A stretch of DNA of 43,583 nt from a virus. Its lineage: Duplodnaviria; Caudoviricetes. A program made the translations under genes and the position numbers. The DNA lies in IMG/VR virus record IMGVR_UViG_3300045519_000021, positions 1 to 43,583 of that record, one strand, 5' to 3'. The notes beneath the pieces were generated by a model. The model searched no databases. It was not told the origin of the DNA and was given only the letters and a program-made list of their open reading frames with translations. Below, one piece after another: positions 1 to 7,915 of this stretch; within the stretch, counting starts at the first letter, position 1; each line of letters starts with the position of its first letter.

Positions 1-278
1 CGCACCGCGAAGAGCGCGTACGCCACGAGGAACGCGACGCCCGCCCAGCGCACGACCGACATGAGCCACGGCACGAGCTCGAGCAGCTGTCCGAGCCCGA
101 AGATGCCCGCCGAGATCAGCGTCGCGTCGGACACCGCGCAGAACAGCACGATTGGCAGCACGTGTTCGCGGCGAATGCCCTGCCGCAGCACGAACGCGTT
201 CTGCACGCCGATCGCGATGATGAGCGAGAGACTGAAGCCGAAGCCGGCGAGCGCGACGCCGAACGATCCCTGATTCAT
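1..278 (-). CDS. lysE: LysE/ArgO family amino-acid exporter (runs off the window edge)
   Basis: Manual translation from ATG 278: MNQGSFGVALAGFGFSLSLIIAIGVQNAFVLRQGIRREHV..., containing the IAIGxQNAFVLRQG signature; divergent from a LysG/ArgP regulator. Confidence 0.88.
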   Translation of the reverse strand, partial: MNQGSFGVALAGFGFSLSLIIAIGVQNAFVLRQGIRREHVLPIVLFCAVSDATLISAGIFGLGQLLELVPWLMSVVRWAGVAFLVAYALFAV

Positions 279-352
279 GAGCACGCACTTCAGCCTAAAA
301 ACGCCCGCGCCTAAGTCATAATCAGAATTCTTTCGTAGCCTTAGCAGCACTT

Positions 353-1234
353 ATGGAACTCGATCCCGCCCGCCTCCAGGCCCTCGCCGCCGTCGTCGAC
401 CTCGGCTCGTTTGATGCGGCCGCCGAGCGCCTCCACGTCACAGCGTCGGCCGTGAGTCAGCGCATCCGCGCCCTCGAGCAGGCCGCCGGCCGCGTACTGC
501 TCGTGCGGGCGAGGCCCGTGCGCCCCACCGAGCACGGGCTCACGCTGCTGCGGCTCGCGCGGCAGCTCGCGACGCTCGTCGATGACGCCGAGGCCGAGCT
601 GCGCGACGAGGGCGGCGCATCCCTCCCCATCGCGGTGAACTCCGACTCGCTCGTCACGTGGGTGCTCCCGGCGCTCGGGCCGCTCGCGCCCGACGTGCGC
701 TTCGACTTTCACCGCGGCGATCAGTCGCAGACCGTCGAGCTGCTGCGGGCGGGAACGGTCATCGCGGCGATCAGCTCTGACTCGACCCCGGTGCAGGGCT
801 GCACGCTGCGCCCGCTCGGCGCGATGCGGTACCTGCCGGTCGCGTCGCCCGACTTCGCCGCGCACTGGTTCGCCAAGGACCCGGTCGCGGCACTCGCGGA
901 GGCGCCACTCGTGCAGTACGACGAAGACGACGGGCTCCAGCACGACCTGCTGCGCCGACTCGGAATCGACGCGCGCCCGCCCCGGCATCGCGTGCCGGGG
1001 TCGGGGGAGTTCGTCGTCGCGGTCGAGCAGGGATACGGCTGGGGCATGGTGCCCGAGCTGCAGCTCAGCGGCGGGGTCGCGCCGTTCCTCGACACCGCGA
1101 TCGACGTGCCGCTCTACTGGCACAGCTGGGCGCTCGGCACGCGGGCGCTCGAGCGCGCCTCCGAGGCGCTGTTCGAGGCGGCCGCTCGGCACCTCTATCT
1201 CACGCCGACGCCCGGGGCTTCGCCGGCAGCGTGA
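353..1234 (+). CDS. lysG: LysG/ArgP-type LysR transcriptional regulator
   Basis: LysR HTH (GSFDAAAERLHVTASAVSQRIRALE), IAVNSDSL and VPLYWHSW motifs; divergent from lysE. Confidence 0.88.
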   Translation: MELDPARLQALAAVVDLGSFDAAAERLHVTASAVSQRIRALEQAAGRVLLVRARPVRPTEHGLTLLRLARQLATLVDDAEAELRDEGGASLPIAVNSDSLVTWVLPALGPLAPDVRFDFHRGDQSQTVELLRAGTVIAAISSDSTPVQGCTLRPLGAMRYLPVASPDFAAHWFAKDPVAALAEAPLVQYDEDDGLQHDLLRRLGIDARPPRHRVPGSGEFVVAVEQGYGWGMVPELQLSGGVAPFLDTAIDVPLYWHSWALGTRALERASEALFEAAARHLYLTPTPGASPAA

Positions 1235-2453
1235 ACAGCGCGATCAGCAGGCCGAGGGCGAACAGCCCCGCGACCGACCAGACGAGCGCATCCCAGCCCC
1301 AGTGCTGAAACACGAACCCGCCGGCGAACCCGAACACGCTCGACCCCACGTAGTAGAGAAAGTTATAGAGCGCCGTCGACTGCGCGCGCCCCTGCTTCGG
1401 CCAGGCCCCGGCCCAGCCCGACGCGGTCGAGTGTGAGCCGAAGAACGTCGCGGTCATGAGCACGAGGCCGCCGATGATCGCGACGAGGTGGGGGATGAGC
1501 ATGAGCAGCAGCGACGCGATCGCGAGCACGTCGCACACCACCATGACGCGCTTGCGGCCGTACTTGCCCGCGAGGCGCCCGGCGATCGGCGACGACACCG
1601 AGCCCGCGAGGTAGGCGACGAACACGAGCGACGTGAGCCACACGGGGAGCAGGTAGGGCGGGGCGCTGAGCGTGAACCCGAGGTAGTTGTAGATCGCGAC
1701 GAACCCGCCCATGAGCAGGAACGGCTGCACGAAGATCGCGAGCAGCACGGGGTCGTGCAGGTGCCGCCATGAGTTGCGCGTGGTCGTCACGATTGACTCG
1801 CGGATGCTCGCCTCGCGGCCGATCGGCAGGAACCCGCTCGGTCGCGGCGCGAGCACGATGAACAGCACGGATGCGATGGCTGAGATGATCGCGACCGTGA
1901 GGACGCCGAGCTGCCACGAGCCGGTGACCTCGGTGAGTGGGCCCGAGACGATGCGGCCCGTGAGGCCACCGATCGTGTTCCCCGCGATAAACGTGCCGAC
2001 GGCGGCCGCTGAGTCGGCCTTGTGCACTTCTTCGTTGAGGTACGCCATCGCGACCGCTGGCACGCCGCCGAGCGCGCATCCCTCGAAGAACCGCACGAGA
2101 ATTGCGAGCTCGAACGTCGGCATCGCGAGCGTGACGAACGCGAGCACGGTCGCCGCGACGATCGCGATCGACATCGCGCGCTTGCGGCCGATGCGGTCGG
2201 CGACGAGCGACCACGGAATCACCGCCGCCGCGAGCCCGAGCGTTCCCGCCGAGATCATGAGCGACGAGGATGCGGTGCTCACGCCGAACGACGTCGCGAT
2301 CTGCGGAAGCACGGCCTGCGGCGCGTAGAGCTGTGCGAACGTGGCGACGCCGGCGATGAACATCGCGAGCTGAATCAGCGTGTATCCGCCGCTGCCGCGC
2401 CGGTGACCGATCCACGTCGAGCCCGTCGCTGAGAACCCGGCAGATGTTGTCAC
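1200..2453 (-). CDS. MFS transporter (YnfM-like)
   Basis: About 12 hydrophobic segments, motif A (LVADRIGRKR), FAQLYAPQAVLP and AMAYLNEE. Confidence 0.88.
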   Translation of the reverse strand: MTTSAGFSATGSTWIGHRRGSGGYTLIQLAMFIAGVATFAQLYAPQAVLPQIATSFGVSTASSSLMISAGTLGLAAAVIPWSLVADRIGRKRAMSIAIVAATVLAFVTLAMPTFELAILVRFFEGCALGGVPAVAMAYLNEEVHKADSAAAVGTFIAGNTIGGLTGRIVSGPLTEVTGSWQLGVLTVAIISAIASVLFIVLAPRPSGFLPIGREASIRESIVTTTRNSWRHLHDPVLLAIFVQPFLLMGGFVAIYNYLGFTLSAPPYLLPVWLTSLVFVAYLAGSVSSPIAGRLAGKYGRKRVMVVCDVLAIASLLLMLIPHLVAIIGGLVLMTATFFGSHSTASGWAGAWPKQGRAQSTALYNFLYYVGSSVFGFAGGFVFQHWGWDALVWSVAGLFALGLLIALFTLPAKPRASA

Positions 2454-2494
2454 GCCCTCAAAGTTACCCCTCGGCGAGGGCGTGCCGTGCTGAG

Positions 2495-2523
2495 TTGAAC
2501 GGCGCGCGATCTTGAGCTAAGCT
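2495..2523 (+). promoter_or_regulatory. Putative sigma-A promoter of tRNA-Arg
   Basis: TTGAAC-17 nt-TAAGCT upstream of the tRNA. Confidence 0.55.
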
Positions 2524-2545
2524 AGCTCAGTCGCCACGGCGACGT

Positions 2546-2618
2546 GCGCCTGTAGCTCAATGGATAGAGCATCTGACTACGGATCAGAAGGTTGGGGGTT
2601 CGAGTCCCTCCAGGCGCG
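2546..2618 (+). tRNA. tRNA-Arg(ACG), prophage integration target
   Basis: Acceptor stem GCGCCTG/CAGGCGC, anticodon arm TCTGA-CTACGGA-TCAGA (ACG at 2579-2581), GGTTCGAGTCC T-arm; CCA not encoded. Confidence 0.97.
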
Positions 2619-2895
2619 CAGCACGCCCCTCATCGGTTTCGGTGAGGGGCTTTGTTGTGTCTGCGAAGAACTTCGCGACGGGCACGCCGATAAGCTCTGC
2701 GAACATCACGAGGTCCGACGGATCGAGCGGGGTCTCGCCGGCGAGGCGACGATTGACGTACATGGGAGACAGGCCGAGCGCCGCCGCAGCTTTCCGGCCC
2801 GACCAGCGCGTTCGCGAGAATTCGGCACGAACGTTGGATGCGACGACCATGTTGACGTCGACGGCCTCGGTCGTGGTTGGGGATGCGGTATTCAT
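2584..2895 (-). CDS. Immunity repressor (XRE HTH), prophage form, 103 aa; 3' end runs through the att core
   Basis: HTH (SGRKAAAALGLSPMYVNRRLAGETP); divergent from a Cro-like gene; C-terminal RLEGLEPPTF* is the tRNA antisense. Confidence 0.88.
   Translation of the reverse strand: MNTASPTTTEAVDVNMVVASNVRAEFSRTRWSGRKAAAALGLSPMYVNRRLAGETPLDPSDLVMFAELIGVPVAKFFADTTKPLTETDEGRAARLEGLEPPTF
2585..2621 (+). repeat. att core, tRNA-side junction
   Basis: CAGAAGGTTGGGGGTTCGAGTCCCTCCAGGCGCGCAG, identical to 43547-43583. Confidence 0.96.
2625..2658 (+). terminator. Phage-supplied intrinsic terminator for the tRNA, antisense within the repressor gene
   Basis: 11-bp stem GCCCCTCATCG-GTTT-CGGTGAGGGGC followed by TTTGTTGT. 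Confidence 0.75.
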
Positions 2896-2902
2896 AGCAC
2901 TG

Positions 2903-2932
2903 ATAGTAACGCTTTCCGTTACTTCGTGTCAT
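2903..2932 (-). promoter_or_regulatory. Putative repressor promoter (leaderless transcript)
   Basis: Minus strand ATGACA-18 nt-TACTAT, 7 nt before ATG 2895. Confidence 0.55.
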
Positions 2933-3014
2933 TCTACGGGGCACATTCTCAGGAAACGATTCAACCTGGCACGCAAAGCGGTTCACAACCTTGCCGTGTA
3001 CCGCAAAGCGTGAC
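2906..3014. promoter_or_regulatory. Three 17-bp operator-like sites (2906-2922, 2968-2984, 2998-3014)
   Basis: GTAACGCTTTCCGTTAC; GAACCGCTTTGCGTGCC (minus); GTCACGCTTTGCGGTAC (minus); dyad symmetry, overlapping both divergent promoters. Confidence 0.7.
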
Positions 3015-3019
3015 AGAAT
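2991..3019 (+). promoter_or_regulatory. Putative early lytic promoter (leaderless cro)
   Basis: TTGCCG-17 nt-CAGAAT with TGn extension; ATG 3027 lies 7 nt downstream. Confidence 0.6.
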
Positions 3020-3026
3020 GAACCGC

Positions 3027-3278
3027 ATGGTGAACCAAAACACCGCAACCGTACCCAACAAGGTACGCGGCATCGCAGCCGAACGCGGACTCCGACAAAT
3101 CGACCTCGCCGCGATCCTCGGTCTCTCACGACAAGCCATCGTGCGACGCCTACGCGGCGACGTCGTCTTCACCGCCGACGAACTCATCGCGCTCGCGGCA
3201 GCGATGGACGTCGCTGTCGGGGCGTTCTTTGGTGAGGTCGCGAGCAATTCGCGTGCCGAACTCAAGGTGGCCAGCTGA
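3027..3278 (+). CDS. Cro-like HTH regulator
   Basis: RGLRQIDLAAILGLSRQAIVRRLRG HTH; first rightward gene; start could be 3018. Confidence 0.82.
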   Translation: MVNQNTATVPNKVRGIAAERGLRQIDLAAILGLSRQAIVRRLRGDVVFTADELIALAAAMDVAVGAFFGEVASNSRAELKVAS

Positions 3279-3382
3279 TGGAAGCCCGCGCACTCGTCGA
3301 CGTCGCCGCTCTCGACCCCAAGTAAACGCCCTCGCGCCGGTGGGGCCGGCCGAGGGCATGGAAGACCTAACAGGAGGTCAAC

Positions 3383-3538
3383 GTGCCAATTCTCTCATCT
3401 AAGCCCTTCGCGTGGCTACGCCAGGCATTCGCGCCGATCGCGGATACCGCGACCACCCTCGCCGAGCGGCGCGACGACGCGCTCGAGGACGGCCTTGACA
3501 CCCCGATCTACTACGAGTTGAAGCGAGACGAAGCGTGA
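3383..3538 (+). CDS. Hypothetical phage protein, 51 aa (not in ORF track)
   Basis: AGGAGG RBS + GTG; MPILSSKPFAWLRQAF...; stop overlaps next start (GTGA). Confidence 0.65.
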   Translation: MPILSSKPFAWLRQAFAPIADTATTLAERRDDALEDGLDTPIYYELKRDEA

Positions 3539-3888
3539 ACACCTTCACCGACAGCGATAAGGACGCGATCGTGTACGCGCTCCGCTGGTGGGCGACCGAC
3601 TTCGCCGACCTGCTTCGCCGTGAGCGGCGTCTCGGTCTCTGCCCGCACTGCGTCGAGTGCGTGATGACGATCTGCGATCGCATCTCCGACCTCGGCATTC
3701 ACCACGGCCAACTGCCCATCAAGGGCGACGAGCGCGGCATCGTCGCGTCGGTGTGCGAGGGATTCGCGAAGTTCGCGCAGATCGCCGGCGCGCCCGACTC
3801 GCTCGACTACGAGCACCGCTGCCTCTACCTCAATCGCGCGCTCACCGCAGCCGACGTCGCGGCCCGAATCTCAGGAGCTACGGCATGA
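3535..3888 (+). CDS. Hypothetical phage protein
   Basis: Coupled by 4-bp overlaps on both sides. Confidence 0.7.
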   Translation: MNTFTDSDKDAIVYALRWWATDFADLLRRERRLGLCPHCVECVMTICDRISDLGIHHGQLPIKGDERGIVASVCEGFAKFAQIAGAPDSLDYEHRCLYLNRALTAADVAARISGATA

Positions 3889-4076
3889 CCCCGACCGTGT
3901 ACTGGACCGGCACCATCCTCGCGCTGCTCGGCACCATCATCGGCATCATCACCGTGTGGCAGGTGCCCACGAACCTCGTCGGCGCCGGCATGTGCTTCTC
4001 GATCGTGATCTGGGCGATGATCTCGTCCGAGCACGACCGCTCACTCGAGCAGGACGAGACCGAGGCAGAGTCATGA
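3885..4076 (+). CDS. Small two-TM membrane protein
   Basis: ATGA overlap, AGGAG RBS, two hydrophobic stretches. Confidence 0.7.
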   Translation: MTPTVYWTGTILALLGTIIGIITVWQVPTNLVGAGMCFSIVIWAMISSEHDRSLEQDETEAES

Positions 4077-4666
4077 CGTACCGCGTCGAGCTCTCTGATA
4101 AGGCCTACGCCGAGTGGCGTGCCCGCGCGCAGCGCGTCGGTCTCACGGTCGCTGAGTACCTCGCCCGGGCTCCGTTCGATCACGATCTCATGTACGGCGC
4201 GGCGGGCCAGCCACGCGCGTCGCTCGCGCAGCAGCACGCCGCAGCGGTGACCGCGCACCTCGCGCATTGCCGCCGCGACGGCATGACGATCGCGGAGGTC
4301 GCCGAGCAGGCCGGCATCGACGCTCCGGAGCTGCGCGAAGTCGCACGCGGTGTCGCGTCGCTCGATCGTGCCGAGACTCGGCGCGTGCTCGCCGTCGACC
4401 CGAGCAGCGGCCGCACTCGTCGCGCTGCTCAGCACCTGCACGATCTCGTCGAGGTCGGCGCGACCATGCGCGAGCTCGAGCTACTCACTGGCGTTCCGCT
4501 CGAGGTGCTCGCGCGTCTGCTGCGCGGCGACGACATGGCGATCTCGGCCGGCTACGCCGACGCCATTCACTCCGTGCCCGTTCTTATACCACTCGCCACC
4601 GCCACCGCCACCGCCACCGCCACCGCCACCGACACCGACACCGACCAGGAGACCGCACATGTCTGA
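4073..4666 (+). CDS. DNA-binding protein (RHH-like N-terminus plus HTH motifs)
   Basis: YRVELSDKAYAEWRARAQRVGLTVAEYL; GMTIAEVAEQAGID; GATMRELELLTGV. Confidence 0.65.
   Translation: MTYRVELSDKAYAEWRARAQRVGLTVAEYLARAPFDHDLMYGAAGQPRASLAQQHAAAVTAHLAHCRRDGMTIAEVAEQAGIDAPELREVARGVASLDRAETRRVLAVDPSSGRTRRAAQHLHDLVEVGATMRELELLTGVPLEVLARLLRGDDMAISAGYADAIHSVPVLIPLATATATATATATDTDTDQETAHV
4595..4642 (+). repeat. Hexamer microsatellite (GCCACC)6(GACACC)2
   Basis: Read directly; encodes (AT)6(DT)2 at the C-terminus of 4073-4666. Confidence 0.95.
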
Positions 4667-5000
4667 GGACCAGAAGCGCGAGGAGCCGACGCCGTTCTCG
4701 TCGCTCCTCGCTAACCGCCCGCTGATGTTCCACGAGCTCGACGAGAACCTCGTGGAGCTCACGAACGCCGTCATCGAGACCGGCAAGAAGGGCACGCTCA
4801 CGCTCAAGCTGACGCTCGGTCCGCTCGACGGCTCGACCGAGCAGCTGCTCATGAACGACGAGATCAAGCTCGCGAAGCCCCGCGCGCAGCGCAAGCCCAC
4901 GGTGCTCTTCCCGACAAAGAGCGGCGACCTGACCCGCAACGACCCGAACCAGCTCGAGTTCCAGCTGATGGACCTCGACGACAGCAAGACCGAGAAGTAG
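4659..5000 (+). CDS. Conserved phage protein that typically precedes DUF2303/YfdQ
   Basis: AVIETGKKGTLTLKL and LTRNDPNQLE motifs; AGGAG RBS. Confidence 0.75.
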   Translation: MSEDQKREEPTPFSSLLANRPLMFHELDENLVELTNAVIETGKKGTLTLKLTLGPLDGSTEQLLMNDEIKLAKPRAQRKPTVLFPTKSGDLTRNDPNQLEFQLMDLDDSKTEK

Positions 5001-5009
5001 GAGCCCACA

Positions 5010-5888
5010 ATGACCGCCATCACTCCCGAATTCGACCTGCCCGACAACATCGTCGACAGCAGCATCGCGACTCTCGTCGAGCTCGCACGCATCGCCGCCG
5101 ACCCGGTCCAGCTCACCCCTGACGCGGAGTTCCTCGTCGCGAACCCCGACGGCACACACGAACGATTCCGCACCGAAGCGCTGCCGCTCCGCAGCCCCCG
5201 CCTCAAGGCTTCCCGCCTCCTCGAGGACCTCGACACGTTCATCAGCTTCCTCGAGCGTCACGAGTCGGAGTTCACCGAGGTGTACGCATCGAAGCAGAGT
5301 CTGCGTTTCCACGCCGTCATCGACGGTGCCGCGTCCAACATGGAGGCAGAAGACGAGCGGTTCGGTCGCGAGGCGTTTAACGCCGTGTTCTCGCTGCGCG
5401 CCACCGAGTCTTGGAAGGCATGGACTGGCATCTCGGGCAAGTTCCTCGCCCAGTCTGAGTTCGCCGAGTTCATCGAGGACTGGGCCGACGACGTGCACGC
5501 ACCGGACTCGGCGACGGTCCTCGAGATCGCGCAGTCGCTCCAGGCCTCATCCGGTGTTGAGTTCTCGTCGTCGCGACGGCTCGACTCGGGTGAGGTCCAG
5601 TTCGGCTACACCGAGACGATCAAGGCCCGTGCCGGCCAGCGCGGCGACCTCACGATCCCGAAGGAGCTGACGCTCGCGCTGCAGCCCTTCGAGGGCGTGA
5701 ATGAGCTCCAGGGCAAGGTCACGCGCGTGCCGGTCACGGCTCGGTTCCGCTACCGCATCAACGACGGTGACCTCCGCCTCGGTGTGAAGCTGATCGGCCT
5801 CGACCGCATCATCGAAACGTTCTGGGCAAAGATCGTCGAGGAAGTGCGTTCGCGCGCGACGTCGCCCGTTTTCATCGGCCTCCCGTAG
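5010..5888 (+). CDS. DUF2303 / YfdQ family protein
   Basis: WKAW...QSEFAEFIEDW, LDSGEVQFGYTE, ARFRYRI motifs. Confidence 0.82.
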   Translation: MTAITPEFDLPDNIVDSSIATLVELARIAADPVQLTPDAEFLVANPDGTHERFRTEALPLRSPRLKASRLLEDLDTFISFLERHESEFTEVYASKQSLRFHAVIDGAASNMEAEDERFGREAFNAVFSLRATESWKAWTGISGKFLAQSEFAEFIEDWADDVHAPDSATVLEIAQSLQASSGVEFSSSRRLDSGEVQFGYTETIKARAGQRGDLTIPKELTLALQPFEGVNELQGKVTRVPVTARFRYRINDGDLRLGVKLIGLDRIIETFWAKIVEEVRSRATSPVFIGLP

Positions 5889-5897
5889 TAGGCCGTC

Positions 5898-6359
5898 GTG
5901 GAGTCCTCGCTCAGTGACCTCGTCCGGTCTCGTGACCACGGCTGCGTCGCCTGCGGCCGGCTTGCTGGTGTCTCAATGCAGCACCGGCAAGGGCGAGGCA
6001 TGGGCGGGGACCCGCGACGTCGCCGCGACTCTCCCGCGAACCTCGTGACGCTCTGCTCGACGACGAACGCGCGCCTCGAGAGCGACCTGCAGCAGCTCGG
6101 CATCCTCTGCGGCTGGAAAGTGCCGCGCTCGATCGACGCAGCTGCGGTGCCGGTCTGGCTCGCTCAGCACCGCATGTGGGTGCGGCTCGACGACGACCTC
6201 AACCGCCACGTGCTCAGCGACAAAACCGCTGAACGTCTCCACGACGAGGCCTACGCGGCCGACCTCGACTACCACCCGACCTACCTCGACCGACTCCGCG
6301 CTCTGTGGAGCGACGGTCGCGACTACCCCCTCGATTGGATGTGCACTCATGAGTTCTGA
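5898..6359 (+). CDS. HNH-like endonuclease
   Basis: RDHGCVACG...QHRQGRGMGG...NLVTLCSTTN. Confidence 0.7.
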   Translation: MESSLSDLVRSRDHGCVACGRLAGVSMQHRQGRGMGGDPRRRRDSPANLVTLCSTTNARLESDLQQLGILCGWKVPRSIDAAAVPVWLAQHRMWVRLDDDLNRHVLSDKTAERLHDEAYAADLDYHPTYLDRLRALWSDGRDYPLDWMCTHEF

Positions 6360-6633
6360 TGCTCTCTCTTGGGCGATGGAGCAACGGCGCCAGCACCCGT
6401 GCGAGCAGCTGCTGTTGATCGCCATGGGCGACTGCGCTGACGTCAACCACTGCGTCGACGCAGAGCCACACCGCTACCTCAAGCGCGTATCGCCGCTGTC
6501 GAACCCCGAGTTCGCGGACCACCTGCTCGCCGGCCTCCGCGCTGACGGCCTCGTCAAGCTCGTCCTCGACGAGGACGGCGAAAAGCGCCTGCAACTGCAG
6601 ATCACGCCCGCATGGTGGGAGGCCGCGGCATGA
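6349..6633 (+). CDS. Small protein resembling the winged-HTH N-terminus of phage replication initiators
   Basis: MSSDALSWAM...LLLIAMGDCAD pattern. Confidence 0.55.
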   Translation: MSSDALSWAMEQRRQHPCEQLLLIAMGDCADVNHCVDAEPHRYLKRVSPLSNPEFADHLLAGLRADGLVKLVLDEDGEKRLQLQITPAWWEAAA

Positions 6634-7631
6634 GCACCACCGCCACCAAATGGTCATTCACACACCTCAACGTCATCGACCTCGACGGCACTATCCGCCG
6701 CATGACAACGGTCGAGGGCGCCGTGCTCTTCGTGCTCGCCGACTTCGCGAACCACGAGACCGCATCGTGCTGGCCCGGGCAGACCACCGTGTCCACCCGC
6801 GCCCGCTGCAGCGAGCGTGCGACGCGTGCCGCGATGAAGGTGCTCGAGCACACCGGCCTCATCACTCGCACCCGTCGGAGCCACTCGAACGGCTACCGGA
6901 AATCGGACCATTTCACGATCAATCTCGACCTCAAACCGATCGACCTACCGGCGCCTGGTGCCGGTAGGAACATACCGAGCCAACCGGCACCACGTGCCGG
7001 TGACAACCGGCACCACGTTCCGGTTACAACCGGCACCACGTGCCGGGCAATAGAACCACTAGATGAACCACTAGATATGAACCATCAGATAACGCGCGAT
7101 GCGCGCGCGGAGATTGATGCTGATGTCGTAGATCCGGAAATCATCGATGGCGAGATCGTTGACGTCGAGATTGTCGATGACGAGCACGAGCCGGTTTCCG
7201 AGTTCGATCGCTTCTGGTCGGCGTACCCGCGCAAGGTCGGCAAGAAAGCAGCGCTCAAGGCGTGGGAGAAAGCTATCCGCGACGCCGACCCGGAGACGAT
7301 CATCGCCGCGGCACAGCGGTACGCCGCGAACCCGAACCTCGAGCCGAAATACACCGCGCACCCCACGACGTGGCTCAACCAAGGCCGCTGGGATGACGTC
7401 GCCGAAGACGTGGCCCCGGTCGCTGCTCCGCAGCTCGCTCGTGGCGGCATGGACTTCGAGTTCCTGCACGAACTCGACCGGCGTATCGCCGCTGGCGAGC
7501 AGATCGACTTCGCGTCGGGCGGGATCGTTGGTGGCCCGCAGATCACGATGGATCGCCCTGCGAACTTCGGCCAAGACGAGTTCGCGGCCGGCTTCCGCCA
7601 GCAGCGCCAGCAGTTGGGGTGGCAGTCATGA
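6630..7631 (+). CDS. Replication initiator (N-terminal wHTH, lambda O-like role)
   Basis: VLFVLADFAN...CWPGQTT...LEHTGLI; FDRFWSAYPRKVGK; HPTTWLNQGRWDD; internal iterons; upstream of dnaB. Confidence 0.82.
   Translation: MSTTATKWSFTHLNVIDLDGTIRRMTTVEGAVLFVLADFANHETASCWPGQTTVSTRARCSERATRAAMKVLEHTGLITRTRRSHSNGYRKSDHFTINLDLKPIDLPAPGAGRNIPSQPAPRAGDNRHHVPVTTGTTCRAIEPLDEPLDMNHQITRDARAEIDADVVDPEIIDGEIVDVEIVDDEHEPVSEFDRFWSAYPRKVGKKAALKAWEKAIRDADPETIIAAAQRYAANPNLEPKYTAHPTTWLNQGRWDDVAEDVAPVAAPQLARGGMDFEFLHELDRRIAAGEQIDFASGGIVGGPQITMDRPANFGQDEFAAGFRQQRQQLGWQS
6947..7090. repeat. Putative replication origin: four 19-bp palindromic iterons plus AT-richer 12-mers
   Basis: ACCGGCACCACGTGCCGGT variants at 6947, 6983, 7006, 7029; GAACCACTAGAT at 7053 and 7065, variant at 7079. 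Confidence 0.8.
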
Positions 7632-7915
7632 GCGCCCTGACGAGTGCCGACGTCGGCTCGCTGCTTCAGCGCATCGCGTCCTACGACGGCCGCGCGGTCA
7701 CGACGCCTGACGTCATCGCATGGCTGGAGCTGTTTGCCGAGTCGCAGCTGCGCCCGTCCGCGGTCGAGCTCCACACTGCGGTGCGCCGCTGGTACGAGTC
7801 TCACTCGACGTACGTGCGCCCCGCGAACCTGCTCCAGCTCGTGCGTGACGCTCGCCGCCGCTCGATGGTGCAGGACGTCACCGCGGCCCGACTCGCGGGG
7901 GAGCTCGAAGCATGA
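7628..7915 (+). CDS. Probable helicase loader/inhibitor-like protein
   Basis: LLQRIASYDGR...W...AVRRWY...VRPANL; lies between initiator and helicase. Confidence 0.6.
   Translation: MSALTSADVGSLLQRIASYDGRAVTTPDVIAWLELFAESQLRPSAVELHTAVRRWYESHSTYVRPANLLQLVRDARRRSMVQDVTAARLAGELEA

Noticed and set aside
2560-3021. 153-aa plus-strand ORF
   Set aside because: Overlaps the tRNA, runs antisense to the repressor and crosses the operator region
3278-3358. 15-aa ORF and GC hairpin after cro
   Set aside because: Too short to support and the hairpin has no U tract; may be a weak attenuator
6947-7047. CRISPR-like repeat array
   Set aside because: Spacers are mostly 4 nt, the array lies inside a gene and no cas genes are present; fits iterons
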